Under the pieces are notes generated by a model. That model ran no database searches. It was not told the DNA's origin and saw nothing but the letters and a program-made list of their open reading frames with translations. Both the position numbers and the translations under genes were made by a program. A DNA stretch of 64,000 nt from an uncultured Candidatus Saccharibacteria bacterium (lineage in GTDB: Bacteria > Patescibacteriota > Saccharimonadia > Saccharimonadales > UBA10212): the NCBI GenBank assembly GCA_964483315.1, contig CAZAAL010000002.1:8689-72688 (forward strand), read 5' to 3'. How positions within the stretch are numbered: position 1 is the stretch's first letter; the number at the start of each line of letters is the position of its first letter. Positions 46,871-54,900 of this stretch are shown piece after piece.

Positions 46871-47155
46871 TCAGCTACTCGTTACCGCCTCGATTGCACT
46901 GCAGATCTCAGCCTCGATGGCCGAGGCGATTCTGCTGTCCATCAAGGAGCCTTCCTTCACCGCGAAGGTGATGGCGATTCCGTACTCGTTCACGATGATG
47001 CCGACCACATCGATGAGCGAGGAGTCCATCAGCATCGTGCGCAGCGCCTCTTGCCCTTGCTGACGGACGAGAGCCGATCTGGCCTTCGGATTCCCACCGA
47101 AGCGCCAGGTTGTCGTTGCCCTTGAGGCTTGGCCGTTGAGGATGGTGGTGCTCAT
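46871..47155 (-). CDS. Cassette ORF-B, hypothetical 94-aa protein
   Basis: ATG overlaps the ORF-A stop (ATGA). Codon choice is GC-rich. The N-terminus looks disordered (NGQASRATTTWRFGGNPKARS) and the C-terminal half looks ordered (LIDVVGIIVNEYGIAITFAVKEG...). I recognised no family. Confidence 0.6.
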   Translation of the reverse strand: MSTTILNGQASRATTTWRFGGNPKARSALVRQQGQEALRTMLMDSSLIDVVGIIVNEYGIAITFAVKEGSLMDSRIASAIEAEICSAIEAVTSS

Positions 47156-47460
47156 GTTGTTGCACCTGCCAGCTCGCCAGACCTTGCCATGATCTTCTCA
47201 AGCACCGCAGTCGGCAGGTCGATGTAGGTGATCTTGTGACCGCCGTAACGGTAGGTGTCATCCCACCGCAGGTCGCTTGCCAGCTCGAGCTTGATGATCC
47301 CACCCTCACGGCGCATTGCCATGAACAGGTGCATCTGTTCGAGCTCCATGAGGAATGCCTCCCACTGACTGTGAGAGGGCTCACAGCTCATTGGCAAGGC
47401 GAACACCTTCCGACGCTCATCACTGAGCGTCTCTAGAAGCTTGAAACGGACTTGGGGCAC
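47152..47460 (-). CDS. Cassette ORF-A, hypothetical 102-aa protein
   Basis: GTG at 47460 lies 4 nt after AAAGGAGG (47472-47465). The listed ATG at 47529 would read through the inverted repeat and AT-rich flank. I recognised no family (see findings). Confidence 0.6.
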   Translation of the reverse strand: MPQVRFKLLETLSDERRKVFALPMSCEPSHSQWEAFLMELEQMHLFMAMRREGGIIKLELASDLRWDDTYRYGGHKITYIDLPTAVLEKIMARSGELAGATT

Positions 47461-47485
47461 CGTGCCTCCTTTGGTTATGGGGCTG

Positions 47486-47500
47486 TCTCTGCTTTTCTTA
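47486..47500. repeat. Right arm of the perfect 15-bp inverted repeat (TCTCTGCTTTTCTTA)
   Basis: It is the exact reverse complement of 46795-46809. Confidence 0.9.
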
Positions 47501-47637
47501 GGTACATCAACGCAAAAAACCTTGAGCACGTCGTGGTGCCTAAGATAACAGAGCGTATGACCGTAATAATCTACAATAAATAAATTCTTATGTCAATGTA
47601 TTGAAAGGCTTGTTTTTGTTATACTGTTATATAAGAT

Positions 47638-47931
47638 ATGAGCAAACTAACAAAAGAAGATGTCTTGAAGTTGGCAAAATTAAGCCGACTAAAGCTAACA
47701 GATAACGAGGTAGATAAATTTATAATCGAACTAAGTTCGATACTAGATTATGTTGAACAGTTAGATAAAGCTGATGTTCAGGGGCTTGAGCCTACCTACC
47801 AGGTTACTGGTCTTAAAAACATAATGCGGGAAGATCAAATAGTGGATTATGGATATAAAACTCAAGATCTTGTTGAGCTAAACGCGCCAGATTCAGCTAA
47901 TCATCAGTTTAAGGTAAAACGAGTTTTATAA
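47638..47931 (+). CDS. gatC: Glu/Asp-tRNA amidotransferase subunit C
   Basis: LAKLSRLKLTDNEVDKF...ILDYVEQLDKAD. 97 aa, upstream of gatA. Confidence 0.9.
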   Translation: MSKLTKEDVLKLAKLSRLKLTDNEVDKFIIELSSILDYVEQLDKADVQGLEPTYQVTGLKNIMREDQIVDYGYKTQDLVELNAPDSANHQFKVKRVL

Positions 47932-47933
47932 AA

Positions 47934-49358
47934 ATGTCTAAAAACTTACATGATATTGCAAGTGACGTGAATAGTGGCAAACAATCCGCAGTTGAGTTAG
48001 TTAAAGATGCTCTAAAACTTTTAGATAATAAATCAGAATTCAATACGACAATTTCTGCCTTAAATGATAGAGCCTTAGAGCAAGCAAATGCCATCGATAA
48101 AAAAGTAAAATCTGGTAAAAATGCTGGGCGACTGGCAGGCATTCCATTTATCGCAAAGGATAATTTTTTAACATTTGGTGGTAAAACCACGGCTGGTAGC
48201 AATATTTTAAAAAACTTTAATGCACCATATCAATCGACGGCAATACAAAAGCTAGAAGCCGAAGGCGCTATTTGTATCGCCAAAGCTAACCTGGATGCCT
48301 TTGCACACGGAAGTTCTACCGAAAATAGTGATTTTTTTGTAACAAAAAACCCACACGACAAAAGCCGCGTGCCCGGGGGTAGCTCAGGCGGATCAGCTGC
48401 GTCGGTCGCTTTAGACATCGTTCCGTTCGCGCTGGGAACCGATACTGGTGGCTCAATAAGATTACCAGCTAGTTTTTGTGGGGTTGTAGGCTACAAACCA
48501 ACCTATGGATTAGTTAGCAGAAGCGGAGTGGTCGCTATGGCGTCCAGTACAGACGTGATTGGTCCTTTAACTAAATCCGTAGAAGACAGCGGACTTGTAC
48601 TTGATGTAATGTCTGGCAAAGATCAGCTCGATTCAACTATGATAGATAAGGATAAAAATGGCTACGAAATTAAAAACGATAGCGTTGATTTAAAAGATTT
48701 AAAAATTGGAGTCATAAAAGAATATTTATCCGACGGGCTTGAGCCCAATGTTGAATCTGCAGTTAATCGTGCTATTGAACTGGCAAAAAAAGCTGGCGCT
48801 AAAGTAGAAGTGGTAAGTCTGCCTAGCCTAGACTTAGCCCTGGCGGTTTATTATGTAATATGTCCAGCCGAAGTATCATCAAATTTGGGTCGTTACGACG
48901 GCCAGCGCTACGGACATAGCTCAAGTTCGGCTAATGATTTAATTGATAGCTACGAGCTCTCCCGCGAGGAAGGTTTTGGCCCAGAAGCCAAGAGGCGAAT
49001 AATGATTGGTACCTATGTACTGTCTAGCGGTTACTACGACGCATATTACAAAAAAGCCCAAACCGTAAGAACCAAAATTATAAACGAGTTTAGTAAGGCT
49101 TTTGAGCAGTTCGATATACTTTTAGGGCCTACCGCACCAGAAACAGCATTTAAAATTGGTCAAAATTCTGATGATCCGCTAAAGATGTATTTAACAGATA
49201 TCATGACAGTCGCTAGTAACATTTCTGGTGTACCGTCAATTTCAATCCCATTACCGACAGATGGCATGCCAATAGGTCTGCAGCTTATTGCACCTCAAGG
49301 CGCAGACAGGCAACTTTTACTAACTGCAAAAAGTTTTGAGCAGGAGCTTAAAAGATGA
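47934..49358 (+). CDS. gatA: Glu/Asp-tRNA amidotransferase subunit A
   Basis: The amidase signature is GGSSGGSAASVA, GTDTGGSIRLPA. Confidence 0.93.
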   Translation: MSKNLHDIASDVNSGKQSAVELVKDALKLLDNKSEFNTTISALNDRALEQANAIDKKVKSGKNAGRLAGIPFIAKDNFLTFGGKTTAGSNILKNFNAPYQSTAIQKLEAEGAICIAKANLDAFAHGSSTENSDFFVTKNPHDKSRVPGGSSGGSAASVALDIVPFALGTDTGGSIRLPASFCGVVGYKPTYGLVSRSGVVAMASSTDVIGPLTKSVEDSGLVLDVMSGKDQLDSTMIDKDKNGYEIKNDSVDLKDLKIGVIKEYLSDGLEPNVESAVNRAIELAKKAGAKVEVVSLPSLDLALAVYYVICPAEVSSNLGRYDGQRYGHSSSSANDLIDSYELSREEGFGPEAKRRIMIGTYVLSSGYYDAYYKKAQTVRTKIINEFSKAFEQFDILLGPTAPETAFKIGQNSDDPLKMYLTDIMTVASNISGVPSISIPLPTDGMPIGLQLIAPQGADRQLLLTAKSFEQELKR

Positions 49359-49765
49359 GTCTAGAAATGATTGTTGCGATTGCCGTCAGCGGTATCTTAT
49401 TGCTAATCATTATTAGTATTACTGCAAAAAAAGCTCCAAAGAGAACCTTAAACAAAGAGCAGTTCCAAAACCATTGGATTGAGCTGTTAGCAAAAGTTAA
49501 GACTCCCGAAGGCATGTCTATGGCAGTCATTGATGCCGATAAATTACTCGATTCTGCACTAAAAAAACGTGGCTATAAAGGTAAGACTATGGGCGAAAGA
49601 CTAGTGGCAGCTCAAAGGCAACTAAGTGATAATGATGGAATATGGCAAGCTCATAAGCTCCGTAATCGCTTAGTTCACGAACCAGGCATTAGGCTAAAAG
49701 AGTACGAAGCAAAACGGGCCTTGGCTAGCTTTAGGCAGGCGCTTAGGGATTTGGGGGCTTTATAA
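49355..49765 (+). CDS. Membrane-anchored small protein with a HEPN-like R-N-x3-H motif, embedded in gatCAB
   Basis: ATGA overlap with gatA, and the stop abuts the gatB ATG. N-terminal TM segment (IVAIAVSGILLLIIISI), then a helical domain ending in WQAHKLRNRLVHEP. Confidence 0.6.
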   Translation: MSLEMIVAIAVSGILLLIIISITAKKAPKRTLNKEQFQNHWIELLAKVKTPEGMSMAVIDADKLLDSALKKRGYKGKTMGERLVAAQRQLSDNDGIWQAHKLRNRLVHEPGIRLKEYEAKRALASFRQALRDLGAL

Positions 49766-51178
49766 ATGTCTAAATACATTCCGACAATTGGTATTGAAAC
49801 TCACGTTCAGTTAAAAACGGCTACAAAATTGTTTTCAGCTGTAGGTAATGACGCACGAGACGCCAGCCCCAATACTTTAATCAGTCATATCTGTGTTGGT
49901 ATGCCAGGAGCTTTGCCAGTCCTAAACAGGCATGCTGTTGAGCTATCAGCAAAAGCTGCGGTTGCACTTGGCACTAAACCCCAAAAATTTTCAAAATTCG
50001 ACAGAAAGCATTATTTTTACCCTGATTTGCCCAAAGGCTACCAAATCAGCCAGTTTGATCAGCCGATAATTATTGGTGGTCAAGTTGAGGTATTAGTCGA
50101 TGGTCAAATGAGTACAATTGGTATAACTCGTGCCCACCTTGAAGAAGATGCAGGTAAAAATATACACCCTGAGGGGGCAGATTATTCGTTAGTAGACTTA
50201 AATCGAGCCGGAACACCACTGCTCGAGATAGTATCTGAACCGCAAATTCACAGTCCGGCTGAGGCCAAAGCTTACGCCCGAGAGCTGTATTTATTAATGA
50301 AATACTCTGGAGTTAGCGACTGTGATTTATATCACGGAAATATGCGCTTTGATGTAAATGTAAGCCTAAGTAAAGATAACAGTAGCCTCGGCACACGGGC
50401 TGAAATAAAAAATCTAAATAGCTTTAGAAGTGTTGAAAACGCTGTAGCCTATGAAATTAAGCGTCAAAGTGAACTTTTAGATAAAGGCCAAAAGGTCGTC
50501 CAAGAGACAAGAGGCTGGGATGAGGCTAAACAAAAAACTACTCCACAGCGCACCAAAGAGGAGGCTCATGATTATCGTTATATGCCGGAACCTGATGTCC
50601 CGCCAGTTGAGCTAAGTGACGATCTGATAAAAAAATACATCTCTGATTTACCAGAGCTACCCAAATCGATTCGACAAAAACTTACCACGCTAAAAATTGA
50701 CGAAAAAGTCATTGAGGATATTCTTGATATGCCAGAATTCGTACCTTCAATTTTAGATGTACTGGCTAACTCAAACCCAGAAAATGCTAAAAATACTGCT
50801 TTTTGGTACATCCAGTCCGAAGATGCTTCAAAGGTAGTTGAGACCAAAAAGCTGATTGAGCTAGGTGATATGCTTAACGCAGGTAAACTAAGCTCAACTT
50901 CGGCAAAAGCTGTTTTTAAAGAACTACAAAAATCAGCAAAAAATCCAGCCGAGATTGCAACTGATTTAAAACTAATTCAGGTTTCCGATGAATCCCAAAT
51001 CGAATCTATTGTTGCTGATGTGATCGCCCAAAACCAAAAAGCAGCAGAAGATGTCAAAAATGGTGAGCTAAAAGCCATCGGATTTTTAGTTGGGCAAGTG
51101 ATGGCCAAGTCAAAGGGACAAGCCAATCCCGCAGTAGCCCAAAAACTTATCAAAAAACACCTTAGTATTGAAAATTAG
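49766..51178 (+). CDS. gatB: Glu/Asp-tRNA amidotransferase subunit B
   Basis: IGIETHVQL, RAHLEEDAGK, YMPEPDVPP and a C-terminal GatB_Yqey domain. Confidence 0.93.
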   Translation: MSKYIPTIGIETHVQLKTATKLFSAVGNDARDASPNTLISHICVGMPGALPVLNRHAVELSAKAAVALGTKPQKFSKFDRKHYFYPDLPKGYQISQFDQPIIIGGQVEVLVDGQMSTIGITRAHLEEDAGKNIHPEGADYSLVDLNRAGTPLLEIVSEPQIHSPAEAKAYARELYLLMKYSGVSDCDLYHGNMRFDVNVSLSKDNSSLGTRAEIKNLNSFRSVENAVAYEIKRQSELLDKGQKVVQETRGWDEAKQKTTPQRTKEEAHDYRYMPEPDVPPVELSDDLIKKYISDLPELPKSIRQKLTTLKIDEKVIEDILDMPEFVPSILDVLANSNPENAKNTAFWYIQSEDASKVVETKKLIELGDMLNAGKLSSTSAKAVFKELQKSAKNPAEIATDLKLIQVSDESQIESIVADVIAQNQKAAEDVKNGELKAIGFLVGQVMAKSKGQANPAVAQKLIKKHLSIEN

Positions 51179-51202
51179 TCTAGTATCTGGTATACTATAA
51201 AT

Positions 51203-51463
51203 ATGGATACAACGGAACAGTGGCTATTAATTATAAACTCAGTGATGCTTGCTATTTTTTTAGTACTAAGCATTATTTTACTGATTAAAGCTTTGCAGGT
51301 TATTGGCGATATCAAGCGTTTGTCAAAAAAGGCAGACGACGTTGCGACAAACGTTCAAAATGCTGCGAATAATTTTCAAAAATTTGCTCCACTGGCTGGT
51401 ATTGCCAGTATGTTCTATCAAGCTAAAAAACGAAGCCAAAAAGGAGGCAATGATGAACGATAA
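51203..51463 (+). CDS. DUF948-like small membrane protein
   Basis: N-terminal TM segment plus a coiled coil (IGDIKRLSKKADDVATNVQNAANNF). Pairing with a YtxH gene is typical. TGGTATACT ends 6 nt before the ATG. Confidence 0.55.
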   Translation: MDTTEQWLLIINSVMLAIFLVLSIILLIKALQVIGDIKRLSKKADDVATNVQNAANNFQKFAPLAGIASMFYQAKKRSQKGGNDER

Positions 51464-51860
51464 AAATAACAGCGGCAAACTTGTAGTAGGTATGTTTATT
51501 GCCGGACTTGCTGGTTTTGCGGCCGGTGTATTAACTGCGCCAAAAAGCGGTAGCGAAACACGCCAAGATATTAAACGAACGGCTAATCGCGTTGTTGCTG
51601 ATTTACAAGAACGAATCGAAAACCTTCGTGAAGATATTGATGATCTTATCATTATCGCAACCGATAAAAGTTATGAACTTAAAGGTCGAGCCAAAAATCA
51701 ACTAGATGATGCTATCGAAAAAGCAAAAGACGCGCGAACCAAAGCATCAACTGTTGCTAAAGCCGTAAAAAATGGCGAGGCAGAAGAGCCCGAGCTTAAC
51801 CGAGCAATTAAACAACTTAGCGACGCAAAAAAGAACCTAACTAAATATCTAAAAAGCTAA
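51453..51860 (+). CDS. YtxH domain protein
   Basis: FIAGLAGFAAGVLTAPKSGSETRQDIK is the YtxH signature. AAGGAGG lies at 51441-51447. ATG candidates are 51450 and 51453. The listed 51303 start is an out-of-context extension. Confidence 0.75.
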   Translation: MNDKNNSGKLVVGMFIAGLAGFAAGVLTAPKSGSETRQDIKRTANRVVADLQERIENLREDIDDLIIIATDKSYELKGRAKNQLDDAIEKAKDARTKASTVAKAVKNGEAEEPELNRAIKQLSDAKKNLTKYLKS

Positions 51861-51882
51861 GTAAAATAGCTATGTTGTAAAA

Positions 51883-51913
51883 ATAAGCTGCGACAGTTCG
51901 TAGCTTATTTTTT
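51883..51913 (+). terminator. Rho-independent terminator after the YtxH gene
   Basis: ATAAGCTGCGA-CAGT-TCGTAGCTTAT (one G-U pair) followed by a T-run. Confidence 0.7.
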
Positions 51914-51918
51914 ATAAT
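51913..51918 (+). promoter_or_regulatory. Consensus -10 hexamer TATAAT positioned for a leaderless dnaE mRNA
   Basis: The hexamer ends 7 nt before the ATG at 51926. There is no Shine-Dalgarno site. The -35-like GCGACA lies 17 nt upstream. Confidence 0.45.
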
Positions 51919-51925
51919 AGTAGTA

Positions 51926-54900
51926 ATGGCAAAAAATGGGGTAAAAATTAATCCAAAAGATTTTGTGCATTTACACAACCATACACAGTACAGTCTACTG
52001 GATGGCTTGACTAAAGTTCCCGAGCTAATTGATTATGTCGCTGAAAAGCAAATGTCGGCAATTGCAGTAACCGATCATGGAACAATGAGCGGAGCGATCG
52101 AGTTTTATAAAACGGCAACAGCTAAAGGTATAAAGCCAATCGTTGGAATGGAAGCCTATGTTGCCAGTAGATCACACACTGACAAAGACGTTACTAAAGA
52201 TAAACAAAACTATCACCTAACGGTTTTAGCGATGAATGAAACCGGCTATAAAAACCTGATGCGACTTAGTACCATCGCTAATCTTGATGGCTTTTATTAC
52301 AAACCCCGTATAGATCATGATTTAATTAAAAAATACAATGAAGGCTTGATAATTCTGAGTGGCTGTATGGGCGGAGAGGTATCCGATGCCCTAAGGCAAG
52401 ATCAGTACAAACAAGCAAAGGAGATTGCATCTTGGTATAAGTCGATCTTTGGTGATAGGTACTACATCGAGCTTCAAGACCATGGTCATCCTAAGCACCC
52501 GAGCGCATGGTCTGAGCAGCAAAAAGTAAACGAACAACTTCTAAAGTTGGCCGAAGAGCTAAACCTAAAAGCGGTTGTTACCTGCGATGCCCACTATCTT
52601 AAAGTTGACGATCAAGAAGCTCACGAAGTTTTGCTTTGTGTCCAAACTGGAGCTTACTTAAGTGACAAAGCCAGAATGAGCCTCAAAGAGTTTCAGCTAC
52701 ACGTTGCCGACCCGGCCGATATTGTAGACAGGTGGGGTGAGGAGCACCCGCAGCTAATATTAAACACCAAAGAGATCGCTAGTAGATGCGATTTAAATAT
52801 TGAGCTGGGTAAAATTTTAATTCCTAAATTTCCAGTACCGAAAGGTGAATCCGAAAAATCTTACCTCGAAAAACAAGTTTGGCAGGGTTTGTTGCGTCGC
52901 TATAAAGGTTATACCGCTAAAAAAGCCGAACAATCATCAAAAGCTGATGCAAAAAAGGCCCTAGATGCGCCAATTGTCGAGCGAGCCGAATATGAGCTGG
53001 GCGTCATTGATAGCATGGGGTTTAATGGCTATTTTTTGATTGTATCTGACTTTATAAATTGGGGTAAAGATCGTGGTATTGTTTTTGGTCCGGGTCGGGG
53101 TAGTGCAGCTGGCTCGATAATTGCATACGCCACCCGTATAACTGACTTAGACCCACTGGCATACGATTTACTTTTTGAACGATTTTTGAACCCTGACCGT
53201 ATTAGCATGCCCGATATGGATATTGACATTCAGGATTCGCGCCGCGACGAAGTAATAGACTACTGCATAAACAAGTATGGGCGTGACAGAGTTGCTAATA
53301 TTGTTACGTTTGGTCGCATGGCTGCTCGCAATGCAGTACGCGATGTAGCTAGAGTTCTAGAAGTCCCGTACGCCGATGCCGATCGGATTGCAAAGCTAAT
53401 ACCTCCACCAGTTCAAGGCCGACACATACCCCTAGCAAAATCGCTTGAGTCGAATTCTGAGCTCAAGCACGAACAAGAATCTAACCAGCAAGCCTCAAGA
53501 GTCTTTGAACTTGCCTCTCGGCTCGAGATGACAATCCGTAGTCACGGGGTACATGCTGCAGGGGTGGTTATTGCTCCGGATGATATTGTTAACTATACGC
53601 CACTTGAAATGGCTCAAAAAGGGGTAATCGCAACCCAATATTCAATGCTTCCGATTGAAGACCTCGGACTTTTAAAGATGGATTTTTTGGGTCTTTCAAA
53701 CCTTACGACAATCAAAAACGCACTTCGGATAATTAAAAAGGTCTATAACAAGAACATCGATATTGGTGCTATCCCGCTAGATGACGAAAAAACTTTTGAG
53801 TTGCTACAACGTGGCGAATCAACAGGAGTTTTTCAACTCGAATCAGCAGGTATGCGACGTTATCTAAAAGATTTAAAGCCAACCGCTTTTGACGACATTG
53901 TAGCTATGGTTGCGCTATATCGTCCTGGCCCCATGCAGTGGATAGATGATTTTATTGCTCGAAAACACGGCATGAAAGAGATTGAATACATACATCCGGC
54001 TGTTGAACCGGCTCTAGACAACACTTACGGGGTTATTGTTTACCAGGAACAAGTTATGCAAATATCTAAAGATATGTGCGGCTTTAGCGGTGGCCAAGCT
54101 GACACTTTAAGAAAAGCGATAGGTAAAAAAATTCCAGAAGTAATGGCAAAGATGAAGGACGAATTCATTGAAGGTGGAGTCAAAACCGTTAATGCCGATC
54201 GAAAGCTAATGGAAAAGTTCTGGAAACAACTCGAAGATTTTGCTGCATATTGCTTTAACAAAAGCCATGCCGCCTGTTATGGGTTAATCGCTTACCAAAC
54301 AGCTTATTTAAAAGCTCATTTTCCATCGGCATTTATGGCAGCTCTTATGACTAGCGATTACGATAACACTGATAGACTAGCAATCGAAATCACCGAATGT
54401 TCGCACATGGGGATTGAGGTACTGCCGCCTGATGTAAATCAATCATTTCATGAGTTTGCAGTTGTGCCCGATAGCCAGCAAATCAGGTTCGGGCTGGATG
54501 CTATCAAAAATGTAGGCCATGGCGCAGCTGAAGAGATAATAGCCGTCCGCGAAAAAGATGGTAGTTTTAAATCAATTGAAGATTTCTTTAGAAGAGTAAA
54601 CCTGCGCACGGCAAATCGCAAAACCATCGAAAGTTTAATTAAGTCTGGTGCTTTTGATAGCCTAGAAAGTCGAGCAAAACTTCTATTTAACATCGATAAT
54701 TTAATGAATTTTGGAACCAAAATCCAAAAAGAGGCAGCCGTTGGGCAGGTAGACTTGTTTGGTGAGCTAACCTCTAAAGAAGTTACTAATTCAATAAATT
54801 GGCTTGAGCCAGATGAAAGTGTTGGCTCTAGGGAGTTGCTTAGTTGGGAGCGTGATTTATTGGGCATTTATTTAAGCCATCATCCACTTGAAGATTTTGA

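Larger units (their letters stand above)
46810..47485. other. Compositionally foreign high-GC insertion (two-gene cassette)
   Basis: Hand counts give 35/60 G+C at both 46861-46920 and 47221-47280. The flank 47581-47640 has 14/60 and a uvrB sample (46561-46620) has 22/60. Confidence 0.8.

Noticed and set aside
46820-47125. A plus-strand 101-aa ORF inside the high-GC cassette
   Set aside because: It is antisense to ORF-B and rich in Arg/Asp/Gly/His, with no Shine-Dalgarno site. This is the typical shadow ORF that arises in high-GC coding DNA.
46908-47384. A minus-strand 158-aa ORF spanning both cassette genes in another frame
   Set aside because: The composition is rich in Arg, Ser, Cys and Trp, and there is no ribosome-binding site. 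It crosses the ATGA junction out of frame. The two-ORF reading, with a Shine-Dalgarno site and start/stop overlap, explains the region better.
46871-47460. The cassette read as an actinobacterial WXG100 (EsxA/EsxB-like) pair
   Set aside because: Size and tandem layout fit. However, neither protein has a central W-x-G motif (only WRFGG and W-E-A) or the helix-turn-helix hairpin pattern.
47461-47529. An N-terminal extension of cassette ORF-A to the ATG at 47529 (125-aa version in the ORF track)
   Set aside because: The extension would be translated through the AAAGGAGG site, the 15-bp repeat arm and the AT-rich flank (MLKVFCVDVPKKSRDSPITKGG). The GTG at 47460, 4 nt after the Shine-Dalgarno site, is the more credible start.
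51303-51449. An upstream extension of the YtxH ORF (185-aa version)
   Set aside because: It overlaps the DUF948-like gene in another frame. The AAGGAGG site at 51441 and the YtxH signature both begin at the internal ATG pair.
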